A DNA stretch of 64,000 nt from Eledone cirrhosa. Taxonomy: Eukaryota. The stretch's first letter is position 1, and every line of letters begins with the position of its first letter. Of this stretch, positions 1-13,689 are shown piece after piece. Both the position numbers and the translations under genes were made by a program. The notes beneath the pieces are model-generated. The model saw nothing but the letters and a program-made list of their open reading frames with translations. It was not told where the DNA came from and ran no database searches. The stretch covers positions 158,038,001-158,102,000 of the forward strand of contig OZ024741.1 of NCBI GenBank assembly GCA_964016885.1, given 5' to 3'.

Positions 1-900
1 GCTGCCCTAGTAATTAATGGAATCTACTGCACTTGTTTTTGGTGCTTACTTCTCCTGTACATCTGCCACATATAAAGTCTATCACTTCTGTTAATCTACC
101 TGCAATCCCGCTACAACTCTTGTGCATTCATAGATTATACTGTGTGAACCTTATATAATTTCTGCCTACCCCATTCTGACATATCAAACATGGCCACTTT
201 CCTGATGGTATCACCCTCCTGTCCTCTTTCCTACTTATTTTAACACTTTCATCTTTGCTAAGTTTACTTTTATACCTTTCAACCCTAGGTCCTTTTTCCA
301 TGCTTAAAATTTTGTCTCTAACTCTCCTACAGATTCAGCTATGAGGACTATAAGAGCTTCCATGGAGTGCCAGTTTTAAACTCCTCAATGATAGTTTCAA
401 TGACAATAATAAAGAGAAGGGGACCACAGACTGAGCCCTAGTGAATCTCCACCTACACTTCCAACTTCATCACTATACTTGTTTCCAACTCTTACTCCAT
501 TGGTTGCTCTCTTACACATGGCCTGCATGGCCCTCATAAGCCATTCATCTACACCTAGATTACAGAATGTAGGCACTTTTCAGAGGCCTTCTCATTATCT
601 ACAAAAGCCCGATATAGCGGCTTACTCTTAGTTAAGTACATCTCCTATAGTGGGTAGTACCTCTACCTGGCATAAATCCAAACTGTATCTCATCTAATGT
701 GACTCTGTCTCTAATTAGTTGTACTATAACCCTTTCAGCAACTTTCATGACCTGGTCCATCTACTTGATGCCTTTGTAGTTATTTCTCTCTCGTGCATCT
801 CTTTTGCCCTTGTAGCAATTTAAAATAATATTGCTGTGCCAGTCATTGGGTACACCCCTTTCTCTACTACCAGATTAACTATGCAGCTGACTAGTGCATA
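1..900 (-). mobile_element. Decayed RTE-clade LINE reverse transcriptase fragment
   Basis: The reverse strand near 360-460 reads as a degenerate GVHQGSVLSPLLF..EEFKTG.PWELL RT motif, homologous to the ORF at 28964-30121. Many stops. Confidence 0.75.
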
Positions 901-1486
901 TCCAACAATGGGTGTTTGATAAAAATGCCAAGATAATAAGAAAGTAGAAGAATAAAAAGAACACAGTGAAGTGAAATAAAAGAGTGAGGATGATAATAAG
1001 TTATCTTAGCAATTTTTAATGATCCAAAATATTTTCGGATTTTCCATCCTCAGATTTTCCATCAAGCAGAGAGAAAACTTGATAATGGATGGAAAATCCC
1101 AAAATATTTTGGATCATTAAAAATTGCTAAGGTAACTTCCTCACACTTTTATTTCATTTCTCTGTGTTCTTTTTATTCTTCTACTTTCTTGTTACCTTGG
1201 CATTTTTACCAAACATGCATTATTGGACTTCCAGATAACCAAACTTATTTTTTTATTTGTTTTTAGATCTTATATTCCACAATGCTTCAAGCAAACTACA
1301 ACACTATATCTTCCAATTCTAACCCCCCCCCCCCTTCCCCTCAATCTAACTTATTTCTCATTCTTTCTTCTGATGAAGGACTAGCGTCCGAAACGTTAAG
1401 ACCTTCCTTCCTGCTATATCACGCGTTAACCTAATATATCCCTTCCATATACTGTACCGATTGTGTTGTTATTTCTGTTTATCTTT

Positions 1487-1490
<4 letters not shown>
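901..1490 (+). mobile_element. Penelope-like element 3' end/pLTR with 5' inversion
   Basis: An imperfect palindrome at ~901-1226 is followed by an HHR motif at 1366-1401 and a tail ending in (TA)n. A related degenerate copy lies at ~5660-5830. Confidence 0.6.
1366..1401 (+). ncRNA. Minimal type I hammerhead ribozyme
   Basis: tctt-CTGATGA-a-GGAC(tagc)GTCC-GAAA-CG-T-T-aaga: stem I tctt/aaga, stem II GGAC/GTCC, palindromic stem III ACGT, GUU cleavage triplet. Confidence 0.75.
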
Positions 1491-1518
<28 letters not shown>

Positions 1519-1717
1519 CATATAAATAATGCAAGAAGCAACGAAAATATCAGTGATATGAAAAGATTTCCTGGTGAAAGTTCAGGTAAACTCCGAGTGT
1601 AGATCCAGTTTCAGAGTGAAAATCCAATTTGAAAATCCATTGAATTGTTTACCTTTTACATACAAACATATATATATATACTTTTATTCAGTTGATGAAA
1701 GCTGGTTGATCAAATAG

Positions 1718-3512
1718 CACTTTGTAACATATTTTTTGTTCCCTGGTTCTAAGTGTCATTTCCTGGTTTGTTATATCCCATTATTATAAAAAAAACACTA
1801 TTATTTCATCAGAAGTTTGATATTTCAAAATTTTCATATTTTTCAAGAAAAAACACATTTTTTTTTAATTTATCAGTTCATATAATTAAAGCAACAGAGT
1901 ATATATTTATTTTATTACACAAGCTGGTCAAAAGCAAACAAGTAAAAGCAAATAACACTTATAAAGCAACTTATACATGTCAGAAATGACTGGATTTCCT
2001 GGATTTGCGGTTGTAGTCCAGGTCGCATTCCCGCACTAGCCCCCAGATATAGTCCCCCATCATTTTTTCATTGTATTGGCCCTGGTACCTCCGCTCTATC
2101 TCTTTCACATCTTGGTGGAATCGTTCGCCTTGTTCTTCTGAGTAGGCGCCCATATTGTCCTTGAATTTTTCCAGGTGAGCGTCCAGCATATGGAGTTTAA
2201 GCGACATCCTGCATCCCATGGCGCCAAAAGCCTTTATCAGATCCTGCACCAGCTGCTGGTAGTTTTCAGCTCTGTAGTTGCCCAGGAAGCCCTTAACAAC
2301 TGCCTTGAAACAGTTCCATGCTGTTCTCTCAATCCTATTGAGCTTATTGGAGAACTCGGTAGACTCAAACACCTTCTTTATCTGAGGTCCAACAAAATTT
2401 CCACCTTTGATTTTGGCCTCAGATAACTTGGGGAAGAACTCAAGAAGGTACTTAAAAGTGGCTGATTCTTGGTTGAGAGCCTTCACAAACTGCTTCATCA
2501 ACCCCAACTTAATGTGCAGTGGCGGCATGAGCACAATCCTGGGATCAACCAGTGGCTCCCACATGACGTTCAGGGTCCCAACTACAAATTCTGTTCGCTG
2601 CTCCCAGTTCTTTCTTTTGTCGTGGTCAGAGGTGGCTCTGCTGTCTCAAAGGCAGAGGAAGCATTGGAATTTGATAAAGCCTCCTTGGAGTCCAAGCAGG
2701 AAAGCCACTATCTTGAAGTCTCCAATGATTTCCCAATTCTACTGGTTGTATTGCAGAGCTTCCAAGAGGACTTTCACACTGTAGTAATCTTCCTTCAGGC
2801 AGACTGAATGAGCTAGAGGCAGTGTCGGGAACTTGTTTCCATTGTGGAGGAGGACAGCCTTCAAACTTGTGGTGGAGCTGTCTATAAACAGCCGCCACTC
2901 CTTGGGCACAAACGGCACTCCAATAACGTCAAACAGTCCATGAGAAAGGTTTGTGTCGACTTCTCTGACTTGTCACCTGCACTTCCTCCTTGACCAAGTT
3001 CCACTGCTTCATCCTGGAGACGAATGCTTGTCTTGGAAAATACTTGTCTTGGAAAATGAATTTGATATGCAATACAAAATAAATATAGGAAAGGGAAATA
3101 CATATTTAAATAATATAAAAGAACACTAATCATACTAATGAAAATTCGTGCTTAAAACACAACTTACCCTTTATTCAGGGTGCAAAAATCCAGTATCAAT
3201 AAATCTCTTTAATCCACTTTTTAACAATTTTATACTTTATTGCACTTTTATCATTTTCTTTAGGTATTACTTTTATTTTATAATTTTAATTTAACCTGAA
3301 ACATATAAAAAAATAATTTAACATAAGCAAATTAAACATACATACAACGTAAAATCCAGCATATAAATAATTATAGTGAATAGCTCAGAATTTTTACAAA
3401 CCCAAACTTTTAACTGTTTAATAGCACTTTTTTTTTATTTGGGACCTAAACAACACAAAAAAAGTGATTACAAGCCAGGAACAAAGAAAAAAAAATCTTT
3501 TGCTACATGGTG
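1718..3512 (-). mobile_element. Chapaev3-like (CMC) DNA transposon, defective copy 1
   Basis: Transposase motifs PPLHIKLGLMKQFVKAL and SEEQGERFHQD (ORF 1980-2564). CAC...GTG termini with imperfect TIRs. Near-identical to 9486-11431, with internal deletions near 2940 and 3030. Confidence 0.8.
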
Positions 3513-4224
3513 TAATCTGCCGCCTTTTTCGTAAACAGATACAAAGCACTCTACAATTTGTATTCCTTAGGATTTTCTCTGTAAGATATCAACCGGAGTT
3601 TTAGTATAATAAATAAAAGAGACGGTTTTATTTGTACATCTTCATTTATTACCTAATTCCATTATATGTATTACAAAGATGCAAGGGTAGTTACATAATA
3701 ACCCTCTGGCATGTTTTCATTAGATGGAGTGAGATGTATTTTCCTATCCATTGATATGTTACTGGTTTTATGTGGTGTTAACATCCTTATCCAGTACCCA
3801 TATGAATAGTTTTGTTATCCTATCAGTTAGATGATGAGTGGCAGACAGTATTGTTGCTGGCATTAGAGATTATAAGTAGGCTACAGTGTCAAATTACCAG
3901 AGGGGTCATTTATTTCTTAGATTTGGATTTAATGAACTATTATTATTTTTTTTTTTTTCTTTACTTAATTCTACGTACTTATATTTCTATCCTAGGCATT
4001 AATTATTGGATAATGAGGTTACAGTGAAGCTATGTATTGATGTATGGTTTAGTAATTATTTTATGGTCTAATAGATTACTTATGGAAGCATTAACTATAT
4101 ATTCTGTGGAAAGTTTTAGAGATTCTGTGCATGCATATCTTAAATATGTCGAGGTATTTATTAATAACTTTGTTTCTTCTATTTATAATGGAAGATATGG
4201 AAGATATAGACCCATTTATATATA

Positions 4225-4257
4225 TATATATATATACACATATATATATATATATAT

Positions 4258-4352
<95 letters not shown>

Positions 4353-4363
4353 TATATATATAT

Positions 4364-4448
<85 letters not shown>

Positions 4449-4450
4449 CA
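4225..4450. repeat. Long (TA)n/(CA) microsatellite
   Basis: Direct reading. It produces the YIYI ORF artefacts. Confidence 0.95.
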
Positions 4451-4591
4451 TAATATCGAAATGGCTTCTACGGGACTTCTTCGAATGAAACAGTTCTAGT
4501 CCTGTAGAAGCCATTTCTATATTAAATATTTATACTCTGCTATATATTGAGTACCTTACTTACTGTGGTTACACCCAATTGAACCCAGGAT

Positions 4592-4634
<43 letters not shown>

Positions 4635-4636
<2 letters not shown>

Positions 4637-5054
4637 ATATAAGATCAAAAGATGGTTAAAGGAGTTCAATATATTTTATTAGGCGCATTTCAAAAACAAA
4701 CATCATCAAACAATAATATTTGTGTTTTCATCAGATAAAACAGGAGAACATGATATGAAGGCTAAAAAAAACACTTGTTGATAGTGCAGTTTTAAATCAA
4801 CATGTTGATTTAAAACTGCACTATCAACAAGTGTTTTTTTTAGCCTTCATATCATGTTCTCCTGTTTTATCTGATGAAAACACAAATATTATTGTTTGAT
4901 GATGTTTGTTTTTGAAATGCGCATAATAAAATATATTGAACTCCTTTAACCATCTTTTGATCTTATATTATGCATACTCCAGTCCCACAAACTGTAGAGT
5001 GCTTCTTATCCGATATCTGCATTGATTTATTGTACTACAATAAAACTCACCTCC

Positions 5055-5058
<4 letters not shown>
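4635..5058 (+). mobile_element. Palindromic HHR-bearing non-autonomous Penelope-like cassette in (TA)n
   Basis: 168-bp arms (4635-4802/4803-4970) with no spacer, plus an ~88-bp unique tail. (TA)n on both sides. Confidence 0.75.
4865..4931 (+). ncRNA. Type I hammerhead ribozyme (mirror copy on - strand at ~4674-4740)
   Basis: ttttat-CTGATGA-stem II (acaaatattat/atgatgtttgt, G-U pairs)-GAAA-TGCGCA-T-A-ataaaa. Palindromic stem III ATGCGCAT, AUA triplet. Confidence 0.85.
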
Positions 5059-5088
<30 letters not shown>

Positions 5089-5186
5089 AAAAAAAGGAAA
5101 ATAAGGACTCCACTTGTAGTGTTCAAAAATTCTTTTCCTTTTTTTCAAATATACCTAACTGTACCAAGGATCTCACACATTTTCCA

Positions 5187-5219
<33 letters not shown>

Positions 5220-5430
5220 GTATATATATTTATATCCTTTTTCAATCTTTTCATCTGCCTGTCACCCATCTTGTGGATTGTCTCTCTGTTGACCTCTGGC
5301 CACTGATCTCTGTCCTCTGAGGCATTTTTTCCCATCACTGTCTTTCACAGCATTTAACTGTTTTAACGGTTGTTCTAGCAATGAAATTTCTCATTTTTAT
5401 ATGTATATATATATATATATATTTCCTTAA

Positions 5431-5640
5431 CCCTTTAATGTTCAAACCGGCCAGAATTCTCTACCTTTTTCTGTTGAAACTGGCAGTAATTGGTCACTCA
5501 TACTGATGTTAAAGTATTGTTCTCAAAATAAATACTTTCTAAATCTCATAGATTCGATATTATGTGAGATAAGTATGCAAGGTAAAGCCTTTACCATGAA
5601 AATACAATAGTATATATAGAGTAATGTGAATACTAAAGGG
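5431..5640. mobile_element. piggyBac-like MITE
   Basis: TTAA|CCCTTT...AAAGGG|TTAA. Related copies at ~9333-11480 (interrupted) and 11825-12029. Confidence 0.7.
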
Positions 5641-5934
5641 TTAAAATGGCTAACTGAACTTTTTTTCCATTTCTTCCTTTTCTCACTCATTCTATTTCTT
5701 TTATTTCTCATTCTATCCTCTGATGAATATTTATTGTCCGAAACATTAAGACTCTTTTCCTACTATATCAAGTGTTAAACTAATATATACCTTCATTGTA
5801 CTGTATCACTTTGCTGTGTTGTTTTATCTATATATATATATCATTATCATAGTCATTGGCTTATATCCACTTTCTTTGCTTTCCCTGCTATCTATCCATC
5901 TATCTCTCTCCATATATATATAAATATATATGTG

Positions 5935-6120
5935 TATCCCAGGTTCAATCGGGGGTAACCACAGAAAGTAAAGTACTCAATACATAGCAGAGTATAAATA
6001 TTTAATATAGAAATGGCTTCTACAGGACATTCATTTAAAGGAAATCATCAGGGCTTTCCTGATGATTTCATTTGAATGAAACAGTTCTAGTCCTGTAGAA
6101 GCCATTTCTATATTAAATAT
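5935..6120. mobile_element. Palindromic pLTR-like cassette with degenerate HHR core
   Basis: Inverted arms aatatagaaatggcttctacaggac/gtcctgtagaagccatttctatatt, with CTGATGA..GAAAC at ~6059-6082. Relatives at 4452-4590 and 32415-32490. Confidence 0.55.
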
Positions 6121-6859
6121 GTGTGTGTGTGTGTATTAATACATACATATACAAATATATAATGCCTTGTCTTGCATTGTATTATGTTTTGGTTCTTTTA
6201 CTATGTAACTGTCTATATGGCTGTCTATCTGTTTATCTAGCTGTCCTCTTGTCTACCTGTATACCTGTCTATCTAGCTGTCCTCTTGTCTACCTGTATAT
6301 CTGTCTATCTCAATATGTGCTGGTCAATAAATAAATCTATCGTGTATTCATTTGTCGTCTGTTTGTTTTTGTTTTGTTTTTTGGTTTGTTTATTTTTGTT
6401 TTATTATCTGATTATTTAGAGAAAAATATAATCAAACATTAGGAAACTATATCATCTTCTCTCTCTCTCTCTCTCTTTTCTCTCTATCTACCTCTCTCTC
6501 TATCTATCTATCTCTATATCTCTATCTTTATCTCTATGTTTCTTCTCTCTTCTTTCTCTCTTATCTTTGCCAAGATAGCAGTTCTAGCAATGCCTCACAA
6601 GCCTTGCAGCTTCCACACACATGAAACCACTAAAGACACACACACATACATTAACCTCATCTGCACCACACACATGAAATACACAGTCACACACATACAT
6701 AAATTCATAGACATGCATATGTCCACACAGACGAAACACCTACACACACACGTATTAACTACATAACAAAATATTAAATATTTACCATCATACATACATT
6801 CATATACACACATGTTCACAAGCACACACACATACACTAACAGACATATAGACTTATAC

Positions 6860-7417
6860 GCAAATAGGGAGAGAGAGTCAGAGAAAGAAAGACAGATAGA
6901 GACTGAGAGAGTAGGAAGGAAATATAAAGACTAACAGAGAGAGAGAGAGACAGACAGAGAGAGTGAGAGAGACAGAGACAGAGAGGGGGAGACAGAGAGA
7001 CAGAGAGACAGAGAGAGAGAGAGAGTGGCATAGAGAGAGACAGACAGACGGACAGACAGAGAGAGAGAAAGACAGAGAGAGAGAAAGTGGCAGAGAGAGA
7101 GAGAGACAGACAAAGAGAGACTGAGAGAGAGAGAGTGGCAGACAGACAGACAGAGAGAAACTGAGAGAGAGAGAGAGAGAGAGAGTAAGAAGGCAATATA
7201 TATGCAGAAGAAAGCAAGAGAGAGAGGAAGCTAGAAAGAGATTGATTGATTAAGAAGAGTGTCCATGAGTTAGTGAATGGGCCTTTGATACACACACACG
7301 TATATATACATACAAATATATATATACACACACACATACATACATATAAACATACACACACATATATATATATATACACATACGTACATAGATACATACA
7401 CACACACACACACACAA

Positions 7418-7464
<47 letters not shown>

Positions 7465-8280
7465 CATATATATATATATAGGAACGAGTAGGACCCCGAC
7501 GGCTGAGCTCAAACCGTTTCGACGGCTAATTCTGGACTAGTCCAGAATTAGCCGTCGAAACGGCTTGAGCTCAGGTGTCGGGGTCCTACTTGTTCCTATT
7601 ACCCATTCTACTACCCTAAGTATTGAGTACTTTGGTGCGTTATGGTCCACCTGGTTCCTTACCACATTTCCTTCGTTATATATATATATATATATATATA
7701 CACTTACATACATACATATATATATATTTACATACATACATGCATACATATATATATATATATATACATACATACACACACATACATAACACAAAGTAGC
7801 ATATTCAGTTACAAAGCACACACATGCACTCTCTCTCACTCACTCACACTCTCTCTCTCTTTCTCTCTCTCTCACTCACTCACTCACACTCTCTCTCTCT
7901 TTCTCTCACTCTCACTCACTCTCTCTCTCTTTCTTGCACTCTCTCTCTCTCACACTCTCTCTCTTTCTTTCACTCTCTCTCTCTCACTCTCACTCACGCA
8001 CTCTCTCTCTCTCTTTCTTACTCTCTCTCTCTCTCACTCACTCACACTCTCTCTCTTTCTCTCACTCTCACTCACTCACTCTCTCTCTCTCTTTCTTGCA
8101 CTCTCTCTCTCACTCTTTCTCTCTTTCTTGCACTCTCTCTCTCTCACACTCTCTCTCTTTCTCTCACTCCCACTCACTCACTCTCACTCTCTCTCTCACT
8201 CACTCTCTCTCTCTTTCTTGCACTCTCTCTCTCCCTCACTCCCACTCACTCTTTCTCTCTCTTTCTATCCCTCACTCACA
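6860..8280. repeat. (GA)n/(CA)n/(TA)n/(CT)n compound microsatellites
   Basis: Direct reading. Confidence 0.9.
7481..7678 (+). mobile_element. Palindromic cassette in (TA)n carrying the 3' half of an HHR
   Basis: ~58-bp arms centred on ACTAGT (~7537-7542) plus a tail. A near-identical copy lies at 58505-58710. Confidence 0.7.
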
Positions 8281-9485
8281 CACAAACATCGTTATACCGA
8301 TGCCACAATCAGTATAATAAGAAATACTAGTTACCATTTCCAACACAGCTTCAGTACGCATTCTCGATAGATATTGATCTATACCTGTGATGACACGCCA
8401 TTGACGTCATCACTTAATTCACTCATTTCTTCTCATCCATACAATAACATCATCTCTTTTGCTCTTTTATTCTTTCAGTCATTTGGCTGTGGTCATGCTG
8501 GGGCATAACCTTGAAGTAATTTTTTTTGTTGATCATATCGACCCTAGTTCTTTTATTTTCCAAGTCTAGTATTTATTTTCTCAATCTCTTTTCTTTCTGT
8601 TGAACCGATAAGTTACAGAACATCAACACAGACACAGCCATGAAAACAAAGAGAAGGACAAACACATACATGCACACACACATATTTATATATATATGGT
8701 AGACTTCTACAGCTTCTATCTACCAAATTTCAGTCACATGGCACTGTTCAACTAAAGGCTATAGAAGACACTTGTCTAAAGTTTCATGCAGCAAGACTGA
8801 ACACAGAAACACATGTCTACAAAGAAATCTTAACCACACAGCCATGCCTGTACATCAAATAAACGAAAAGAGAAACAAAAAAATGGATACGGTTAAGAAG
8901 TTTACTTCTTTACTTCACAATTATGTGGTTTAAAATTCGATTCCACTGCTCAGCCACTCAAGCAGATGTCCTCTAACATAGATTTGGGTCGAACAAAGCC
9001 TTGTTTGCTTTGATAAAATTTGGTAGACAGAGATAATATGGAAGTCTGTCAGAGAAACAACTCCTGTTCTTGAGTAGTTAAGAAGTTTACTTCACAACTA
9101 TGTGGTTTAAAATTTGATTCTACTGCTCAAACACTCGGGCAAATGTCCTCTAATTTAGTGTTGGGTCAAACAAAGCCTTGTTTGCTTTGATAAAATTTGG
9201 TAGACAGAGATTGTATGGAAGTCTATCAGAGAGACCACTCTTGTTCTTGAATGGTTAAGAAGTTCACTTCTCATCTATGTGGTTTTAAGTTTGATTCTAA
9301 CATAATCCGTGGTTGAAAATGTCTGCTTTATCCCTTTAGCATTCAAACCGGCTGTATCCGGCCAGAACTCTCTCAATTCTCTCTGTTTAAACCAGCTGTA
9401 ACTGGCTGCTCACACCTACATTAAGGTATTGTTCTCAAAATAAATAACATCAAAATCTCATAGATTCGATTTTATGAGATAATTA

Positions 9486-11431
9486 CACAGTGTAACAAAA
9501 ATAATTTTTTTCTCTGTTCCTGACTTGTAATCACTTTTTTGTGTTCCCAAATAAATAAAAAAAAGTGCTATTAAACAGTTAAAAGTTGGGGTTTGTAAAA
9601 ATTCTAAGCTATTCACTATAATTATTTGTATGCTGGATTTTATGTTGTATGTAAGTTTAATTTGCTTATGTTAAATGATTTTTTATATATGTTTCAGGTT
9701 AAATTAAAATTATAAAATAAAAGTAATACCTAAAGAAAATTATAAAAGTGCAATAAAGTATAAAATTGTTAAAAAGTGAATTAAAGAGATTTATTGATAC
9801 TGGATTTTTGCACCCTGAATAAAGGGTAAGTTGTGTTTTAAGCACGAATTTTCATTAGTATGATTAGTGTTCTTTTATATTATTTAAATATGTATTTCCC
9901 TTTCCAATATTTATTTTGTATTGCATATCAAATTCATTTTCCAAGACAAGTATTCTGATGAAGAGGAGAAGATGGATGCTGAGGACTTGGATTACCTGTC
10001 TGAGGTACCAGAAAAAGTTCCTCACTTCCCAAACCAAAAAGAAGTCAATGACTTGGTCAGGGATATGGGTCTGACCAAGTCCAATGCAGAGCTATTCTTC
10101 TCCAGGATGAAGCAGTGGAACTTGGTCAAGGAGGAAGTGCAGGTGACAAGTCAGAGAAGTCGACACAAACCTTTCTCAGGCTTTTACACTCTTAGGGATG
10201 GCCTCTGTTTCTGCCATGACGTGCCTGGACTGTTTGACGTTATTGGAGTGCCGTTTGTGCCCAAGGAGTGGCGGCTGTTTATAGACAGCTCCACCACAAG
10301 TTTGAAGGCTGTCCTCCTCCACAATGGAAACAAGTTCCCGACACTGCCTCTAGCTCATTCAGTCTGCCTGAAGGAAGATAACTACAGTGTGAAAGTCCTC
10401 TTGGAAGCTCTGCAATACAACCAGTAGAATTGGGAAATCATTGGAGACTTCAAGATAGTGGCTTTCCTGCTTGGACTCCAAGGAGGCTTTATCAAATTCC
10501 AATGCTTCCTCTGCCTTTGGGACAGCAGAGCCACCTCTGACCACGACAAAAGAAAGAACTGGGAGCAGCGAACAGAATTTGTAGTTGGGACCCGGAACGT
10601 CATGTGGGAGCCAGTAGTTGATCCCAGGGTTGTGCTCATGCTGCCACTGTACATTAAGTTGGGGTTGATGAAGCAGTTTGTGAAGGCTCTCAACCAAGAA
10701 TCAGCCGCTTTTAAGTACCTTCTTGAGTTCTTCCCCAGTTATCTGAGGCCAAAATCAAAGGTGGAAATTTTGTTGGACCTCAGATAAAGAAGGTGTTTGA
10801 GTCTACCGAGTTCTCCAATAAGCTCAATAGGATTGAGAGAACAGCATGGAACTGTTTCAAGGCTTAGGGCTTCCTGGGCAACTACAGAGCTGAAAACTAC
10901 CAGCAGCTGGTGCAGGATCTGATAAAGGCTTTTGGCGCCATGGGATGCAGGATGTCACTTAAACTCCATATGCTGGACGCTCACCTGGAAAAATTCAAGG
11001 ACAATATGGGCGCCTAGTCAGAAGAACAAGGCGAACGATTCCATCAAGATGTGAAAGAGGTAGAGCGGAGGTACCAGGGCCACTACAATGAAAAAAGGAT
11101 GGGGGACTATATCTGGGAATGCGACCTGGACTACAACTGCAAATCCAGGAAATCCAGTCATTTCTGACGTGTATAAGTTGCTTTGTAAGTGTTATTTGCT
11201 TTTACTTGTTTGCTTTTGATAAGCTTGTGTAATAAAATAAATATATACTCTGTTGATTTAATTATATGAACTGATAAATTTTTAAAAAATGTGATTTTTC
11301 TTGAAAAATATGAAAATTTTGAAATATCAAACTTCTGACCACAAACCCAAACTTTTGATAAAATAATAGTGTTTTTTTATAATAATGGAAATGATACGTA
11401 GAACTGGGGAACAATAATTATGTTACATGTG
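9486..11431 (+). mobile_element. Chapaev3-like (CMC) DNA transposon, defective copy 2
   Basis: TTA|CACAGTGTAACA...TGTTACATGTG|TTA (3-bp TSD). Transposase fragments 9921-11167 (WRLFIDSS..SLKAVLLHNGN, IKLGLMKQFVKAL) with stops and frameshifts. Inserted inside a piggyBac-like MITE. Confidence 0.85.
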
Positions 11432-11484
11432 TTATGTAAGATGAAGAAGCCTTTACTGTGAAAATATAATAGTAAATATAAAAT

Positions 11485-11670
11485 AATTGTTTCTACTTTT
11501 GGCACAAGGCCAGCAATTATCCCAATGTATTCTGGTACATTATTTTATCGACCCCGTAAGGATGAAAAGCAAAGTTAACCTCGGCGGGATTTGAACTCAG
11601 ACCATAAAGGGCCGTAACTCTTTACTGCAAAGCATGGCATCCGACCATCTACCAATACTGCTAATCCACC
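11485..11670 (-). mobile_element. SINE (MetaSINE/Sauria-like central domain)
   Basis: Reverse complement of the family copy at 27021-27212. Confidence 0.7.
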
Positions 11671-13689
11671 AAAAATAATGTAAATGCTATCAACAACTAA
11701 AACAAAAGTGAAAATAATGGTACAAGTGTGTTGGAAATGGCTATCATTATTCTTCCTCAATGTGTAAGTTTATCGATACCAACCCAGCCAAAACTGACTA
11801 CGTTTCTAAAGGATTCCTATTTAACCCATTAGCATTTAAACTGGCTGTATCCGGCCAGAATTCTCTCACTTCAAACCAGCTATATCCGGCTGGTCATACT
11901 TATGTTAAGTTCATACTTATGTTCTCAAAATATATAATATCAAAATCTCATAGATTCGATATTATGTGAGATAAAGTGTTTACCGTGAAAATACAATAAT
12001 AAATATAGAGTAATGAAAATACTAAAGGGCTAAATTAAACATAATTGTAAAGCCTTATGTTAAGTTACTATTTTAATAATCAAATAATAATTTTAGTAAA
12101 TCCTTCAGAATTCTTCATAAATTGATGGAAATAGAGTGTATTTTATTAAAAAGGCGGTCCCAAAAGTGATACAAAACTATTTTGGAAGATTTTAATTAAA
12201 ATAGGTGTCTTTTAAAATCGGGGGTTTTGTTTCATAGAACTAGAGGCAGCTTTGGGTGGGTTGGTATCAAAAGGGTAAAATAATTAATAAGCTGTGAAGA
12301 ACTAGGACAAGTTGGGTGTGTAAGGGGAGATGAGACAGAAGAGTTAAGAAGTTGGTGGGAGGGCTGGAGATAAGAATGGAACAGTATGTCTATAAACAAA
12401 TTATTGAAGTTAGTAAAAGACTGAAAATATCCACAAAGAGTGACCAACAAAAAAAAAGTTGCTAAATGTCCTGTATTTCAGGAAGTGTTTTATTTATTTA
12501 TTTATCTATTTGTTTATTTGTTGTTTGTTTGATAAAATAAGTACCAGACTTGAAAAAAAAAGACTGAAGTCATCAATATGATCTAAGTTAAGATGGTGCT
12601 CCACAATCTAATGACTGAAACCAGTAAAATATATACTGGGGTCGATGTAATTGACTAAATCCCTTGAGTACAGTGTCCCAATATGGCCATAGTTTAATAA
12701 ATAAAACCTGTAAAATATGAACTGGAGCCGATATGATTGACCAAATCCCTTGATGGCAGTATCCTAGCATAGCCACAGTTTAATAATTGAAACCAGTAAA
12801 AGAATAAGAGAATTAAAGTATAATGTTTATTTATGTCTTTTTGTGAACAGTGTAGGAAGCCAGTAGGTTTAATATGTCATGGCATACATGACATATATTG
12901 ATTAGAAATTTAATATCAGGCATTGCTACAGCAACAAAAACATCAGATACTGTAATTTAACTAGAAAGCTACAGTAATTTGACTGGACATAGGGGAAAGG
13001 TACAGTAATTTGACTGGGCAGAGGAGAAAAGGATTTACTGCTTAACATCCTGTGATGATTTAGAAGAGAACATAAAAAATAGAATTTTTTAAAGATTCAA
13101 TGTTTGTAATATCTTTACTAGTGGACAGATCATTATGAAAATTTGCAGTATTAAAATGAATACTTAAATGTTTAATGTAATAGTGCTGTTTTGCACTTTT
13201 CAAGAATGTCTTGATAGTGTAGTTTCATGTAGTTTGTTAATTAAAATGTTTTAGCAGCTTTACAAATGGACAGATTGTGGTGAAATTTTGCAGTATTAGA
13301 GTAATGACATTAATGTTTTATGAGATCAGTTATAGTGCTGTTTTGAACTTTTCAAAAATGTCTTGGTAATGTGGTTTCATAGAGTACGGGAGAGTAAGAG
13401 TTAAGCATGAATGTATGGTTAATGACATTTTCTATGCAAACACATTTATCATGATTTAATCCCAGTAGTACCGTCAACAAGTCATTGTACTATAGCCTCC
13501 AGTTGACCAAATCCTTGAAAGTGGAAATGGTAGATAGAATATGGTAGAATATGGTAGGAATATGGTAGAAACTGTGTGGAAGCTATATATAGATTGGTGA
13601 CTGGCACGAATAAGACAACCAAAACTGCAATATGGTGAGAGAAATGAAAAAAACCATACCACATCCACCTTTGTGCAGATTAACAAGGG

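Noticed and set aside
3530-4220. Coding-like decayed sequence, possibly a LINE 3' end
   Set aside because: No diagnostic motif could be read with confidence.
4037-8370. Long ORFs of YIYI/SLSL/HTHT type
   Set aside because: Translations of (TA)n, (CT)n and (CA)n microsatellites.
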